Virus record (IMG/VR): IMGVR_UViG_3300030328_002066
Span: 5,510-69,509 of that record
Length of the DNA: 64,000 nucleotides
Strand: one strand, 5' to 3'
DNA from: a virus
Position numbers and translations under genes: made by a program. How positions within the stretch are numbered: the stretch's first letter is position 1; each line of letters starts with the position of its first letter. The notes beneath the pieces are model-generated. The model saw only the letters and a list, made by a program, of their open reading frames with translations, had not been told where the DNA came from and searched no databases. Shown here piece after piece: positions 47,201 to 60,500 of the stretch.

Positions 47201-48515
47201 TGACAAGATAATTGGTTATGAGGCTGTTGATCGACCTAGAGTTTCTTCAGATCAGACTCGGATTTTTCAGGCTGCTCCAAACGGCCTTGTTTCAGCTTTT
47301 TCTCCTGAAGACGGTATTACAAGCCTTACGACTATGCAGTCTCTTCAAGGTATTTCTGATTCGTACAGAACTGGAGAATTAACCGAGCGAAACTATCAAG
47401 CCTTTAGCGCGCTTATTTATTTTCTTTCAAACACAAAGTCTACTGAAGGTCTTAAAGTAGACCGTCTTCTTCGTGATGATGAACTTGATTTTAGCGTTAG
47501 GCCTGACGATGATCGTAGTTTCAAGCTGCTTCGTTTATTTACGCCTCCTGAAGATATTAGAGAACAATCTCAAGTTCAAGGCCAGTGGAATGAAGAAAAC
47601 CAGGCTCAAATTGCAAATGATGCTTTAGCGCTTCTTAGGGGTTTATACGCTTCTCCTTACGACAGAGCGCGTAGAGATGGCAAAGATCCTAACGCTTATG
47701 GCTTAGACGGAAGTTATAAGATTTTTATTAACTTAGCTTCTTTACATAATCTAGAGGCTTATCTAAAAGACGCTACTACTTTATCAGATCCTCATAGTTT
47801 CTACGACGATCCAACATTGCAACTGCCTAATACTGAAATTTATAAAGATACTACTTTTAGAACTCCTAGCGGTCAACGTGGTTTGGTTAGAAGAACGCAA
47901 GTGGAGCGTTTAGACGGCGAGTTTGAAACCAAAGTTTCAACTGTAAGTTCAATGCCTGTTTCTTTACCTAGAAGCCTTGAAGTAGAAAATGCCGAAGACT
48001 TCACCGATGAAGAGGTTGTAAGGTTTAATAGGCGTGAATCTGAAATATTCAAGGCTAGTAAAACCATTGAAGAACTTGAGAAATCGTTAGAGACTAGTAT
48101 ACAGCAAGATACTAACTTTGGGGACTTTATAACCGAAGATTCGCCGAAAACTTTAAGGCTAAGAGAACAACTTAAGAACGCAAAAAGTATATTAGAGGGC
48201 TTAGAACAAACAACCCCTGAAGTTTTTAAGGCTAAAAAGTCTTTTAAAAGAGAGAGAGTGCTCACGTCAAAGGAGCAAGTGGAATGGAAGGCTCAGTCTT
48301 ATCCCAATACTATACTAGAAGATCCTAGATATATTTCGTTATCAGAAGAAAAACGAGAAAGAATAAAAACGTTATTAGAAATATATCAAATTCAAGATCG
48401 AAGCTTAGAGACGGGTAAAGTTGAATCTTTCAATATTCAAGACAGAATTGCAGATATGTTAGACCGTGAAGATGAAAAACCTAATTATGTTTTTAAAAAT
48501 GTGCAGTGGAAATAA
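44271..48515 (+). CDS. Large internal virion protein (gp15-like position)
   Basis: 1414-aa helical ORF between the gp14-like gene and the giant gene. Confidence 0.6.
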   Translation: MPRRDIPSAKSTEGRGRQKDAYGFLQEYTEPDLGSIAPLDPVLQNNQTTGGEVVFGRGSNQIGGTNTSQELANLLFTGIEATQQFAEGYKEISVKHDSDVLDGAQEEWDRRKLQKGTEDSNGMLTEDGKPVWSTLTPEQRLLEERSFLKETKKKLWRRDNKLALRQDIVKNKMTLNPLKLESKIEDIRLERMRLLASPLSADELQKRLEEQTKIYQDWVDSNEFIQKDPVLKATADAALYGLQEKDFSTAEAAMDSFMSEQKPVLEGLLVKWEGHLLDQGIEYGPEEDQFQGFIEFAKTQQNATALVSVLESNDAFSMRFGERLAPIYTQWRESFEETAAENTRLTLIQRGVEDSSLWLADVYDEKTGSFKARPGEGTVFDNPSRFASFSVHLSQIQENSKSSRSANISQEFGVTVTTFSRLAQARAKQLFVQNGGSMDDAVQAALEDVTKALEHTAELGGLNWNEASIRSRANAIEKELRKIHAQDGLNIAESNNGVISKTNPVTEEQEVSFNLNSSVNVATNYPNGIPPEIQAVMLDTYQYAVAQRLTTYALESEENGGSLNRIVSKIQNVAPENLNRHQLSRRLYDSIAEVTGDLNIPEENRAEEAAKRFIAGLRPSTKALESTENGQRYLKTISEIEAYVLEHLTTFMSGFSLDHGLQVLHSFADAFNQDTREGQQNAIGDLSEFPLNLDWLNNYGLTVSEDGDVTLSSIPDARMLQKEAFLSKDPDKIIAALDQVAPIPSIGFTPGRITRPEDIDQAATVLTGALITTSDALEALGIRRNSRTYKQVLDIQVDRLVPPVLEGNSNIGDQRTYRMRLTSLIHKLHEIPQMIDEGEVNPEYKEVARNLRESYAKYAEIRDFEVRAAVAGPFDSSGINDWARQNTNNPNSPMSTFDEGWWDGNKTNSFTTYLQKIAPQDFSGFLQDLRINAMAGDGASFANSYYASIGYNTPTFENFMAFCMENNLSLQARKDESDKIIGYEAVDRPRVSSDQTRIFQAAPNGLVSAFSPEDGITSLTTMQSLQGISDSYRTGELTERNYQAFSALIYFLSNTKSTEGLKVDRLLRDDELDFSVRPDDDRSFKLLRLFTPPEDIREQSQVQGQWNEENQAQIANDALALLRGLYASPYDRARRDGKDPNAYGLDGSYKIFINLASLHNLEAYLKDATTLSDPHSFYDDPTLQLPNTEIYKDTTFRTPSGQRGLVRRTQVERLDGEFETKVSTVSSMPVSLPRSLEVENAEDFTDEEVVRFNRRESEIFKASKTIEELEKSLETSIQQDTNFGDFITEDSPKTLRLREQLKNAKSILEGLEQTTPEVFKAKKSFKRERVLTSKEQVEWKAQSYPNTILEDPRYISLSEEKRERIKTLLEIYQIQDRSLETGKVESFNIQDRIADMLDREDEKPNYVFKNVQWK

Positions 48516-48541
48516 TAATCCCCCTACGGGCAGGAGAATAA

Positions 48542-51500
48542 ATGACACAAGAAACTACCAATAATTTTTCTTTTAATCCAACAAATGTTAGACAAGAAGA
48601 TCTATTAAACTCTCAGACTTTCAGTAGATTTGTAAATAGAGATACTGCTTTAATTAAGTCTTTTTCTCAAATAGAAGAGCAAAAAAGATACGACGATTAC
48701 TTATTTAATAATTCAAATCGAATAGATCAGATTTTAAAAGACATTGAAACCGCGTCTTCTAAAAATGACGGCTTTTTAAAAGCTCTTTTTGACCGGAAGT
48801 TTGATCCAGATGAACCAGTTGTTGAGGGTATTAAAGCCACTGATAGCGGTTACATTAGAGACTGGATGAATGCCGGTGATCGTTCTAATTGGCAAGCTTA
48901 TAGCCAAAGAAGCGCAGCTACAGATCCAGGAACTTTGTTTGGATATTCTGGTAGAGCTGTTGATGCTAAGTTTGCTGGAAGCTATACAGCTATTGACGGA
49001 GAGTACGAAAAACTTTCTCCCGATGCAAAGGCTTTAATTGATCGTTCTAAAAGCTATGCTGAGTCGCAAGGGCTTCGTTTAAATAGAAACAATTGGGGAG
49101 GTCTTGAGGGTGTTGGTGAAACAGTTTCAGGGATTTACTCATTCTTCGCTGCTCCTTGGTCTGAATCAGCTGAAGGTTTAGGCGCAAGAAAATTAAATGA
49201 AGGTACAGAATTATGGTATCGTTTGTACGAGGGAGATCCAGAGTGGAAGGCAAATTCTAAGGCTAGAAAAGAAATTGCTAATGCTATTGTAAACGGAGAT
49301 CAGAAATTCGTATTTGAGTTAATTGGGTTGACAGAAAAAGATATCGAAGACGCTCCGTCTTTAACAGCAGCTATGGAAAGAGTAAACCAAAGAGTCTTAG
49401 CTTTTCAAGAAGGACAAGCAATGGCTCATGCTGGCACAACGGAGTTAGTTTTTAGAGATACTTGGGAAATGCTTAAAGCTATGCCTTCTGATCCTGATTC
49501 TGTTTTTGAATTAGGAGCTGCTGTAGCTTTTGGTGTAGCTACGGGTGGTATTAGCCTTGCGGCATATGGCACAAGATTAACACAACGGGCTACTGCTAGA
49601 GCAGCTGGACGAGTCTTGTTTAACGGCCCAGTTTTACGAAGAGCCGCAAAAACAGCAGAGAATTGGAGGCGGTTATCTGAAGCAGCCTCAACAACGGCTG
49701 GTTGGTTAGAATCTGCAGCTAAAGCTTCTAACGTTACACGAAAGTTTTTAACTCCTACTACGTGGTCAGAAGAAATTCTTGTTCCTACTGTTAAACAAGC
49801 TTGGTGGATTTCTAGAGAAGCCTCTAAAGAAACCGCTGAAGCTTTGGCAATTAAAGAACTAAGTAGAGGAAGCGTTTTTGGAATTGCCCTTCGTAATTCT
49901 TTGTTTGACATGGATGCTCCAGGTGGTCTTACTGGACTAGCTGCTAACATGGCAGATGGAGCGTGGAGTGAGCTTTTAGCCTACGCTGCTACTAGAGACG
50001 AAGAAGCAGACTATGCTCGTTTTATTTACGGAGATGACGTTAACCCAGAAGATTATGCCTTTAGTCTCCACGGTGCTTTACAGTCTATGGGCTATGGTGC
50101 TATGTACGGAGCAATTCTTGGTGGAGCTATTCGAACCGCTACAGGTATCTTAACTTCTCCTGGTAGTTATGCAAAGGATGATTTTAAAGTAGGTGATATT
50201 AAAGACTTAGTTAAAAACATCAGGCAAAAAAGAACAGATCGAAAAAACGGTGTATTAGCTAGTACTATGTATGATTTAGCTAGCGGCGGTATTAGATCTA
50301 AACGCGTTATTCTAGAAAACGTAAAATCTAGTGCTGTTTCTAGAGGTTTTATACACGCTGATGATGCTGAGGCTATGAGCCGATTAGAGGTTGTTGTTGA
50401 TACAGGTATTGCTAATGGTGTTGATATGGCTAAGGCCGTTAAAGAATCCGGAGGCAATCCTGTTGAGTTAAATAAAATTATACAGAGAGAATCGAAAACA
50501 ACTAAAGCTCAAAGTAAACGAGACGCACAAAGAAGAGCAAATGAGCATTCGCCCGAAAAACGCCGTACAAGTACTAAAGCAGCAGTGGCTTTAAATACAG
50601 CTGTTGTTGAAAAAGCTGCCGATAATGGTACGGGGACTGAAGCAGTAAATCGTGGAGAAGTAGTTCGTGAGCTTATAGATGACCCTAATACAGATCCAGA
50701 AATAAAAGCTACTCTTATTGAAATAGAAGAGGGAGTCAAAGAGGCTTCTAATTTTCAAGTATATGAGACTATGCGGCAAATTGATGAAGCTATTGAAGGC
50801 GGTCTTAGTGAGGTAGATGATGAGTTACAAGACGATCTAATAAACACAGTTGCTGTAAACTCAGGTCTTAATCCTATGGCCGAAGGCACTGTTACGACAG
50901 AAGATACTGGCAGAGCTATAGAAAAGGAGGTAGCTAGAAGACAAGAGGAATATGAAAGTCAGCTAGCTGAAACTCAAGCAAGACAAGAACAGGTTAATAA
51001 AGAAGCCTTAGAAGAAGAAAGACAAAAGCTTTTAGTAGATGGTCGAAAAAAGGGTGGCTATAGTTTAGCTGCGCTAAAGAAAATGGCTGAAGGGTTAGGG
51101 ATTACTTTCGGTAAAAACGGAGATCTTCCTGCAAAGCCTGGACGAGAAGCTCTTGTAAACGCTATTATGGAACGACGATCCGGTGAGGCTACTACTGTAG
51201 GCGCAGCTGTTGTTCCTCCTCAGCCTCCTCAGGCTGTAAAACCCGAAGACGTTACTAAGGAAGCACGCCAGGAAAGTCAACGTCGTAGACTACAGCAAAA
51301 TAACGGTTCTGAAGAGATACTTAAAAGTATTACTGATTCTACCGATGTACTTATGGTTACAGAGGGGACTCTTACTGAGGCTGTTACAATACAAGCACAA
51401 GTAGGAGTTGAACGAGGAATCACTTCTTTTATTATGCAACAAGGTGATAGGGCTGCTGATGCTCGAAACAAAGCGAGTGTTTATAGTCCTATCCAAATGG

Positions 51501-54500
51501 CTAAAGTTACTAAAGAGCGTTATGATTCTATCAAAGAAGCAGGACTAAAACTTCCTCCAGAAACTCGAAAAACTGTAGCTAAGAAAATTAAAGCTTTAAG
51601 AGATAAAGAGGGTCTTACTAAAAAAGACATAGAAAAAGCTGTTTATAGAGAATATGGTATTAACGTAGGCGTTAACTTTGAGATTTCAGATAAAAAAGCT
51701 GAGGTTGATGAATCTGGAAAAGATATTATTCCGGAGAAAGTCGAAGTTGATGGGGAAGAAAAAGCTTACCTGACAAAAGAAGAAGTCCTCAGTCTTTACG
51801 AACAACTTACTTGGATTGCTGCTATTAGCGATGCTTTTGAAAGCGATGCTTTAGGAGATTGGTCTCCTACCGAAACTCAAAAGTTTTGGTTAGGTGATCC
51901 TACTACCCAAAATAGAGTAGCTCGTCAAGCTTTAGCTTCTATTATGGCTATTGAATCTAAATATGCTAAAGAGGGTAAAGACGCTCAATACGTGACTTAT
52001 AGAGAATTAATAGAGGCTGGCTGGCCTATTGGACATGAAAACCTTCTTCACTCGGCTTTTGGCGAAGCTGAGGCGCTCGAATCTAACAATGCTGGGAACT
52101 CTTTATTTCATATTGTTCTTCTTAGATCAATGGTTGAAGAAAGAGTTGCGCGATCAGCAGAAGATAGCGAGTTTACGTCTGCTTATAGACAAGAACAACA
52201 AGCTCGTATTGATCGGATTGAAGAAGGCTTAGAGGGCGATGTCCCTGATAGAATCCGCAATAAACTAATTAAATATCGCTCTCAAGCAATGATTGAACTA
52301 ACTGTTGTAAACTTTATTGCAAATGCTGGAGTAAACACTTCAGTTACTCAGTCTAGAGTAAACGAGGTTATTAATAGCCCCGCTTATGGTAATAAAGATA
52401 CCTCTTTTGCTGATAGAAAAGCAAAGTATATGCGGAGACAGGAAACTAAGTTTGTTGAAGGTGTAATGCACGCTCTAAGCAGACTTCCTGACGATAGTCC
52501 CGCTTTTCATACCATGCTTAAGAAAATGGGTCTTCAAGAATTTATTAGAAGGAAGTTAATCTTTACTCCAGATAAAGATCTAAGACCAAACCAAAAAGCC
52601 CAGGCAATTAGAGAACGTAAAGAATTAGCAGAAGGGATTGCGAGATGGGCTGTAAGCCAGTCTCCAGATTTGTTTGGTAATGTAACTGACGCTAATACGT
52701 TTGGTGGTTTATCTAAATTATGGGATGGTTCTTTAGATGCTGTAGATGGCTTTACCGCCGGTAACGCTCTTATTGAAGCCGTCTTTAATTTTAGAAACTT
52801 TGGGACAAGTAAAGGGGATTCTCTTGCTGCAGGAGTTAATACAAAAGAAGATGAACATGGTTATCTTGGTCAATTAAGTAATCGTGGCTTTATGTTAACT
52901 TTTGAACGCCACGTTCAAGATAAAACTAATGAGCATATTCTTTTTGACACTAACCCTGAAACAGGAGAGCAAAAAAGAAAATTTTATACTGAAGCAGATG
53001 TAGAAGAACGTTTAGCTTACTACGAAAGAATTGAAAGTCTAATAAATCTTGAGCAGTGGGATAAACTTTCAGAGTTTGTTCAGAATACCCCCTACGCCGC
53101 TGATCTACGAAGAGGTATTGCTCCTCAACAGTTAATCACTGAATTGCAAGGAGAGATTCAAAATTTCCGCGACAAGTACGAAAGTCGCGTTGAATGGGCT
53201 CGTATAACCCCTCCTTCTGTTATTCATACGTTACATGACCAGGCTTTAAGCATGAGAAACTCTTCGGCAGCTTACCATGTATTTGGTAGCCTTCCTGAAA
53301 CTCCCGAGCTAAAGCCTTTAAAAGCGATGATAAACGCAAAGGGGGATACTGGACTAAAGACAGGAACCTTTAATGCTGGTTCTTTTAAAGATGCTTGGGC
53401 TGTTAAGTCAAGCCGCATCTGGGGAACGGCTTCTGGTATGGCTAGTTTTGCTAGAGCTTCTGGACGACATCACTTAGCTGCTCTTATGTCTTCTTTAGAA
53501 GATAATCCTATTCAACTGCTAAGTGCTTTACACGAAGCTAAAGATGGCACAGTAGTTGTTGATAATGGTAAAGTAAAGGTTACTATTGATAATGATGAAG
53601 ATGCTTCTGCTCAAGCTGTTGAAGTTGCTCAGTCTATCTATGACGACTTCCATGCTGGTGTAGTTCATTTGTTTCTGGAGAGGAACAAAACATCTTTAGA
53701 GACTTGGGAAAAAGCATACAAAGAAGCTAAGCTTGACTACGACGGTATTAAAGGCAACTACAATAGGGCTGATCCAGAACATGCTAAAATCTATGCTGTT
53801 TATAAAAACGCACAAGAAAAAAGAAACCACCACAAAGCTATATCTAAGGTTAAGATAACTACTAAGCCAGCTTCAAAAGATATCAAAGATAGGACTGGAC
53901 AAGATGTAGTTATTACTGAAGTAGACTATAGCAAAGTCCCTATTAATAAAAAAACCGGCAAACCTGAGATTGGGCCTAAAGATATTCCTGGTTTAAACCA
54001 AGCGGTTTTTAGAGATTTTCTTGCTCAAGAGTTAAACACAATTAAAACTGTGGGTGGAGGAGAACAAGTTGCTTCCGCTTTGGCTCAATACCAAGATAAA
54101 TTCGTAGCTGAAAAAGGAGCTGATAACTATTCTTTAGTGGGTGTAGCTACCTTAGAAAATGAAAATTTAACTCATAGAGGATGGACTATTTTATCTCAAG
54201 TAGCTGAAATAGCTTCTCTTAAAGAAGGCCAAGGCTTTAAAGATTTAAGTAGTCCTATTGCTTCTTGGTTCCGGAGTGATGTTTTTAAACCACCAGTGAT
54301 GACAAAGGTATACTCTGCTGGTAAAAAGGCTTTTAGAAACAATACTATTAAAGTATTAAACGAATTGGATCTAGAAGACATTTCCGATTTAGCTTTAAGA
54401 GAAGAGTTTAAAAAGCTTAGGGATGAGGGCGCTGTAACTGAAATGGCTAATGAACTTGTGTTTGTTCTTGTAGGAGATAAGGATACTAAAGGAACGATTG

Positions 54501-57500
54501 AAACTGTTTTAGGGCTTCCTAATACAGACGTTCTTATCGAACAGTTAAACGCTCGTATGGCTTATGATAGCTTAGTTGTGTATGTTCCTGACGGACAAGG
54601 CGGAGAAAAACGAGTTGATTTAGAAGATGTCCTTGATAGAAAAATTACTCAAGAAGAGCTAACACAGCTTCGTAAATATAAAGAAGTGGGCGATAGTAAA
54701 TTTACACCTGCTATTCCTGCAGATGATGTAGTTCAAGATGCTGATGTAGATCAGGATATTTATGATCGTAGGACTCAATCTACTGATAAAGATATGCTAC
54801 GAGCTATTAGAACAATAGGAGAACGTGTCTTTGGCGGTATTGCTGATGATAGTTCTTTTCCTATGCTTGGTCTTTGGGTCGCTCGCCTAGAAATGGGACA
54901 ACGCAGCGGCAACATAACTCAAAAAGCTAAAGACGCGGCTATTCGTCGTATGTTTGAGTTTATCCAAGATGCTAAAGCAACTAGTGCTCAAAAAGGAATT
55001 CCTTTTGATGAAGCTCTTCGTCGAATAGTAAAACCCGTTAGTTCTTACTTACAGAGCGTTGAACATCTAAACCGAACTTCGGTGGTTGCTAATAATCCAA
55101 TTATTATGGATTACATGGAAGATATGAGTCTAACGGTTGAAGACCTAGATTCTATTTCTAGGGCTCAGCTAGGAGAAAACGCTTTACCGATGTATGCCCG
55201 TAACAGGGTATCTACTGGTCGTTCATTTAAGTTTACAGATACTTCTGCTATGGGTAGACCTATGAGCGGAGAAAGTAGCACAGAAGAAACTTTGGGAATC
55301 GGAGACGAACAAGTAGGAACTCTTGTTATAGGCGATGCGTTTGCTAGTCTTATGGAAGGCCAGGAAACCGAAACAGACGCTCTTAGGTCCACTGTTCTTC
55401 AAGACATGGAAATGGAGTTAGGTGGTATTCTTAAACCCCTTGGTTTTACTGATCCAAACGAAAAAGACTTTGTTGAAACGGCTCGTAAAAATTCTTACGA
55501 TCCAGAAAAAAAGAAAAGGTCTAAAAACCGCAACGCTCGCTTAAAAGAAATTGACGGCGAAATTGCAGCTTTGAAGAAGAAAGAAAGAGAAGAAGGTTCT
55601 GAGTTAACTGAAGAAGAAATTTATAGAATGGGGCGTTTAACGGAGTTAAGAAAAGTTGTTATTAAAATAGATGATGACGGAAAAACAACAGAGCAAGCGG
55701 ATCGGACTTTAATCCCTGTTTCAGTTAGTCCTCAGAATCGCCTAACAACCCCAGACGTTTCTAATGTTTCTATGCCTAACTCAGCTGTTCAACCAACCGC
55801 TTTGGGCGTACCTTCTTTAAGGGCTTTACGCACTAAACTTCATAGCCGTCAATTGCAAGACGCTGAGGCAGCTAAGAAAAATCTTCAATCAGAGCAAAGA
55901 TCTACCTTTAGTATTCAAGAGATGGCAACAGCTTCGCCAATTTCTCCTGCTTATACTGAAGCTGTACGCGCTGAAAGTTCTCAAAACCCTGTTGAATTAT
56001 CAGATGCTGAATACATTGCTGGTATTCGTACCGAAGATCAAAGAAGTAAAGAAGAAATTAAGCAGGAAGTAGAAGGAGAAAACTTATCGTCTAAAGAGCA
56101 TTTTGGCGATAGTTTAACTTCTGAAGAAAGAATAGCTGGTGTTCGTTCTTTACGTCTAGCTCATCGTTTAGCAGAAACTCGTCGAAGAGAAAAACCAAGA
56201 GGAGAAACAAAGTCTGATAGAAAAGCTGCACAAAGAGCACGAATGAGACAGCATAGTATGGATGCTCTTAATCTTACTCACGGAGCTATCTCTGTTTCTG
56301 CAGCAGACGCTGGAAAAAGGAAACACGATCTAGACAGAGGAGAAGTAGCCCCAGGTCGTAGATCTTCTACTAGGTTTAAACAAATAGTAGATAAAGACGG
56401 TAAGCCTAAAGTTGTCCGTGTTGAAGGAGAACAAGAAGGCGATTACCTTAAAACTTTTGGGGAGATGTTAGTTAATTATGCATTTAGAAATCAATTAACT
56501 GGCATGGCCGGTCTTATGGTAGGTCCTGTTGATGCTACGGGTGTTCTTTTAAGAAGGCCTGATATGAGACCTGGAAAAGATCCTAGAAAAGCTATGGAAG
56601 AAATTGTACCTAAGTTAACGAGCAGAGGTCCTACTTCGGTGTTCTTCTTAGACTTTATGCTTATGGGCGGAGCTAATAAAGAGTTTACTATGAAAGCTCT
56701 TGCTGCTATGTATATGGATAGAACGAAGTTAGCTCCTGATAACGCTGAAGTTGCAGCTATGTCTCCTACTGAGTTTGTAGCGTGGGTTAATGCAGATGGG
56801 TTTTTAAAAAATTATACTGAATGGAACAACGTTAAATTCGGTTTAAAAAACGAAACTGTTCAGTCTATTCCAGATGCAGACGCTAAGTCTAAAATAATTA
56901 CTAGAGATTTAGCCGAAGAAAAACAAAAGTTCTGGGATGATTTCGAAGACTATGAAGACGGAAAAGATGTGACTTCGGATAATGATTTTCAAACCGTGGT
57001 GTCTGAATTTTACGACTCTATGTTTGAGGAAATGGCAACAGAGTTTCCTGAACTACCTCGTTTAAAACTAGACGAAGATACTAAAATGTTCTTTTACGGT
57101 ATCTATGAAATGTTAGAGAACGAGCCTCAGTATAGAGAGTTTCTTTTTCAAGTTTTAGGTCTTGATGCTGACGATCCTAATATTACTAATTTAGACGTAG
57201 CAGCTGGCTTTACTTTAGCTTTAGATGATGTAGATAATAACTTTTTTGTTCCTTTGTTAGAAAAAATCAAAAACGGCCCAGATGAAGTAATTAGACCTAC
57301 TCAATTCGGCGCTAGGTATAATAGTATGGAAGTTAGCGATCCTACTTTACCTTCCGGAGCACGTCCTACGTTTACCGCAATGGAACAGCTCCATATATTA
57401 AACCTTAGTCGTAATAAAGAGATTGTTCATAAGCTTTTAGTAGCTTCTATGTTTGGCGTTGATATAGAACTAGACTTAGAAATGAGCAGCAAGCTCCGAG

Positions 57501-60500
57501 AAAAGAGTGATCGATTTGATACTTCGTTTGCTCCTGCTCATGGTTTTGCTAGAACACCCTTAACAGAACGAAACGCTGAACAATTAAGAGTTGAAGGGGA
57601 TACTAATGCCGGATGGAAACCAGAAGCTTTAGGAGCTGTCTTATGGCATGACATGCGAGATACTATCGATCCAGATAGTGTTTTTGGAAAAGCTAAGGGT
57701 ACAGACATAAACTCTGCACAAAAAGGTAAACTTGGTTTAGCTTACTTTTTATTAAACGCAGGGCTTGTAGATAAAAACGGAACTGTTCATATTGAAGCTG
57801 AGAAGTTTTTAAGCGGGCATAGTTTTGATGTAAGTAAAGAAGACATCTCAAAGATTGTTCCAGATTTAGCTAAAGAAATGGCTAAGAAACAAGAACAGCC
57901 TGACTTAGAAAGTACTTCTAGTCAATTAGAAGACAATGCTGTTATTGACGATGACTTTGATCTACCAACAGGTACTGTATCTAGATCAGATACCACAAAG
58001 GCAGATGATGACTTTGATCTACCAACAGGTACTGTATCTAGAAAAGCTACTAAAAAGGCAGATGATGACTTCGATCTACCAACAGGTACTGTATCTAGAA
58101 AAGCTACTAAAAAGGCGGATGATAAATCAACTGATTCTAAAGTTGATCCCAATTACAAAGAACATGATCTTGACCGGCTATATAAAACTATGGATGAGCT
58201 GAACGAGATATTAGATCAAGCTGAAAACGAATTTTCTGAGATTGGAGCTAAGTTCGTCGATCTTGAAGGCCCTGCCGGGCCGTCTAGACTTGTAAACTTT
58301 TCTGCTCGTAATATGGTCGCAGTAGAAGTTAATGGAGAAGTCTTTGTTTTTTACCAGTCTTCTGGGTTGGCAGGCAAAGAAAAAGTACCACGCGGCGTAT
58401 GGTATGTTATTGGCGGAATAAGGCCTGATGGTAGTTGGATAGCTAAAACCTCAGATGGAATGATGAGTAACTATGGTTCCCCTCAACTTAAGAAAATTGG
58501 AGATATTCTTACTAGAGCTACAATGAAAGACGGGGAAGTAACTAATATTAAAACAACCAAAAATAACATTAAAGACCAAATATATCTTAAAACTGCGGAA
58601 GATGATGCTAAGTTTGCTAAACAGGTAAATAATTTAATAGGTATTGATGAATCTGCTGATTGGGAGTCTGTTTGGGAATCTAATCTTAATGAAAAAGTTA
58701 AGCGGATAGAAACTGAACCCGAGGCGGATCTTGACGATGACTTCGATCTACCAACAGGTACTGTATCTAGACAACCGTCTTCCACAGTTGTAGCAGGAGA
58801 TCCTGAAACAGGTTATGACGGATCTGTAAAACCAGTTACTCCAGAAGAACGTAACGAAGCTGCTCGTAATGTTACTAAGCGTCTTCATATTACAAGAACA
58901 ACGCAAACAAATACTCCTGAAGGCGATGCTTTCTTATTAGCTTTACAGAGTAGTGTTTTTAGGGGACAACCTGGTGCTCAAAACGCAGCTACCTTATTTA
59001 AGCTTTTGACTGGAAGAGATAAAGGAGTCGATAAACCAGTTTCTGACTTTGAAGCTATGCAGTTAATTCAAACAGCTTTAGTAGACTCTGAGCTAGGGTT
59101 CAGTCTTTTTGGAGGAAATCTTAGATTTAACCCAGACGGCGAAATTAGTACTGACATTCAAGTTGAAAAGAGCGTTACAAACCAACAACGAATGACTAAA
59201 CTAATACGTACTATGAATGGTGTTAACGAAATTTCTGAATTACTAGGAAAGGGTCAAGCAAGCGCTGCTCTTGCTTTTGTCTTGCACGAATTAAGTGATT
59301 CTAATTTATATGTAGCAGATCGAGGCGAGGCTAGAGACTTATCTAAAATATCGACTTCTCGTCAACGGACTGGTAATACAAAAGCAATGAGAAACACGTT
59401 CTTACGAGATTTTGTAACTGTAGAAGGTATTTCAAAGTTTGAAGAACTAGTAGATGCTTTAGGTATTCGTATTCCAAGAATAGATAAGTTTATTTCTGAG
59501 TTAAAACGAATTCAGAAAACTTACAACATTACTTTAGAAAACCTGGTTAAAGCTCAGCCTCAAAATGTTTTTATTCTAGAATTAGAACAAAACGAACCTG
59601 AGTTTTTAGAGTTAGTTAGAGAAGCTTATGCTTGGACTATGACTGGCGTTCTTTTAACAAAGGCTGGTAAAGTAGACCTAGATAAATACGTTTCTCATGA
59701 AAGCGGTTTTAAAGATATGGTTACTTTAGCTGCTACTAGAATCCGTAATCTTCTTAAGGATATACAGGAGTATACAAGAGAGTTTGGCGTTGCTAGAAAA
59801 CCTGATAAAGATCCTAAACAAGTAAGGATTAGCTCTTGGGGTTGGTTAAACAAAGAAGATGAGACTTTCTTTAATACTCAATGGAAAACTATTACAGCTA
59901 TGTCTGCAAGAGCAGATGAAGCTCATACCATTAGTTCCAAGGGTCTTTTAAATATTACTAAGGGAGTTGGTCGAGACGGGACTCTTAAAACCGTTTACGC
60001 TGGAGGTGAGCTTGGTCCTGCCGATAGTGCGACAGCCTTAGAAATGCGTTTAGCCGATGTAGAAAGAAGACTTCGAGAAGAAACAAGTACTATAGAAAAA
60101 CATAGACTTTTAGCTGAACGAACTTCTTTACAAGAAAAACAAAGGATTATTAGATCTAGCGTAGAAGCTCCTTCTAGGCAAGCGCGTATTGCAGAGCTAA
60201 GAGCTAAAGGTCTTGATCCCGAGTTAGGTATTCCTATTAAAGAAAACCTAACTGACGAAGAGTGGTTAGAGTTACGTGATTATGAAGCAGAGACAGCCTT
60301 AAAAGCTTTTAGAGCTACTCAGTCTATGGGAGTAGGTTCTAAAGTTAGTTCGGCTGCAAGTCTTATGACTTTTGCTAGAGGTTTATCCACTCTTCCTTCG
60401 TCACCTTTTGACGATATTCGTGGTCTAACTGTTGCTGGTAATCCTAATGCAATTAATGCAACAACATCCCTTAATGGCTGGGTTCCTCAGCAATTCTTAG

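Noticed and set aside
57947-58120. CRISPR-like repeat-spacer appearance
   Set aside because: The 57-nt period is in frame inside a coding sequence, the 18-nt spacers are related to each other, and there are no cas genes
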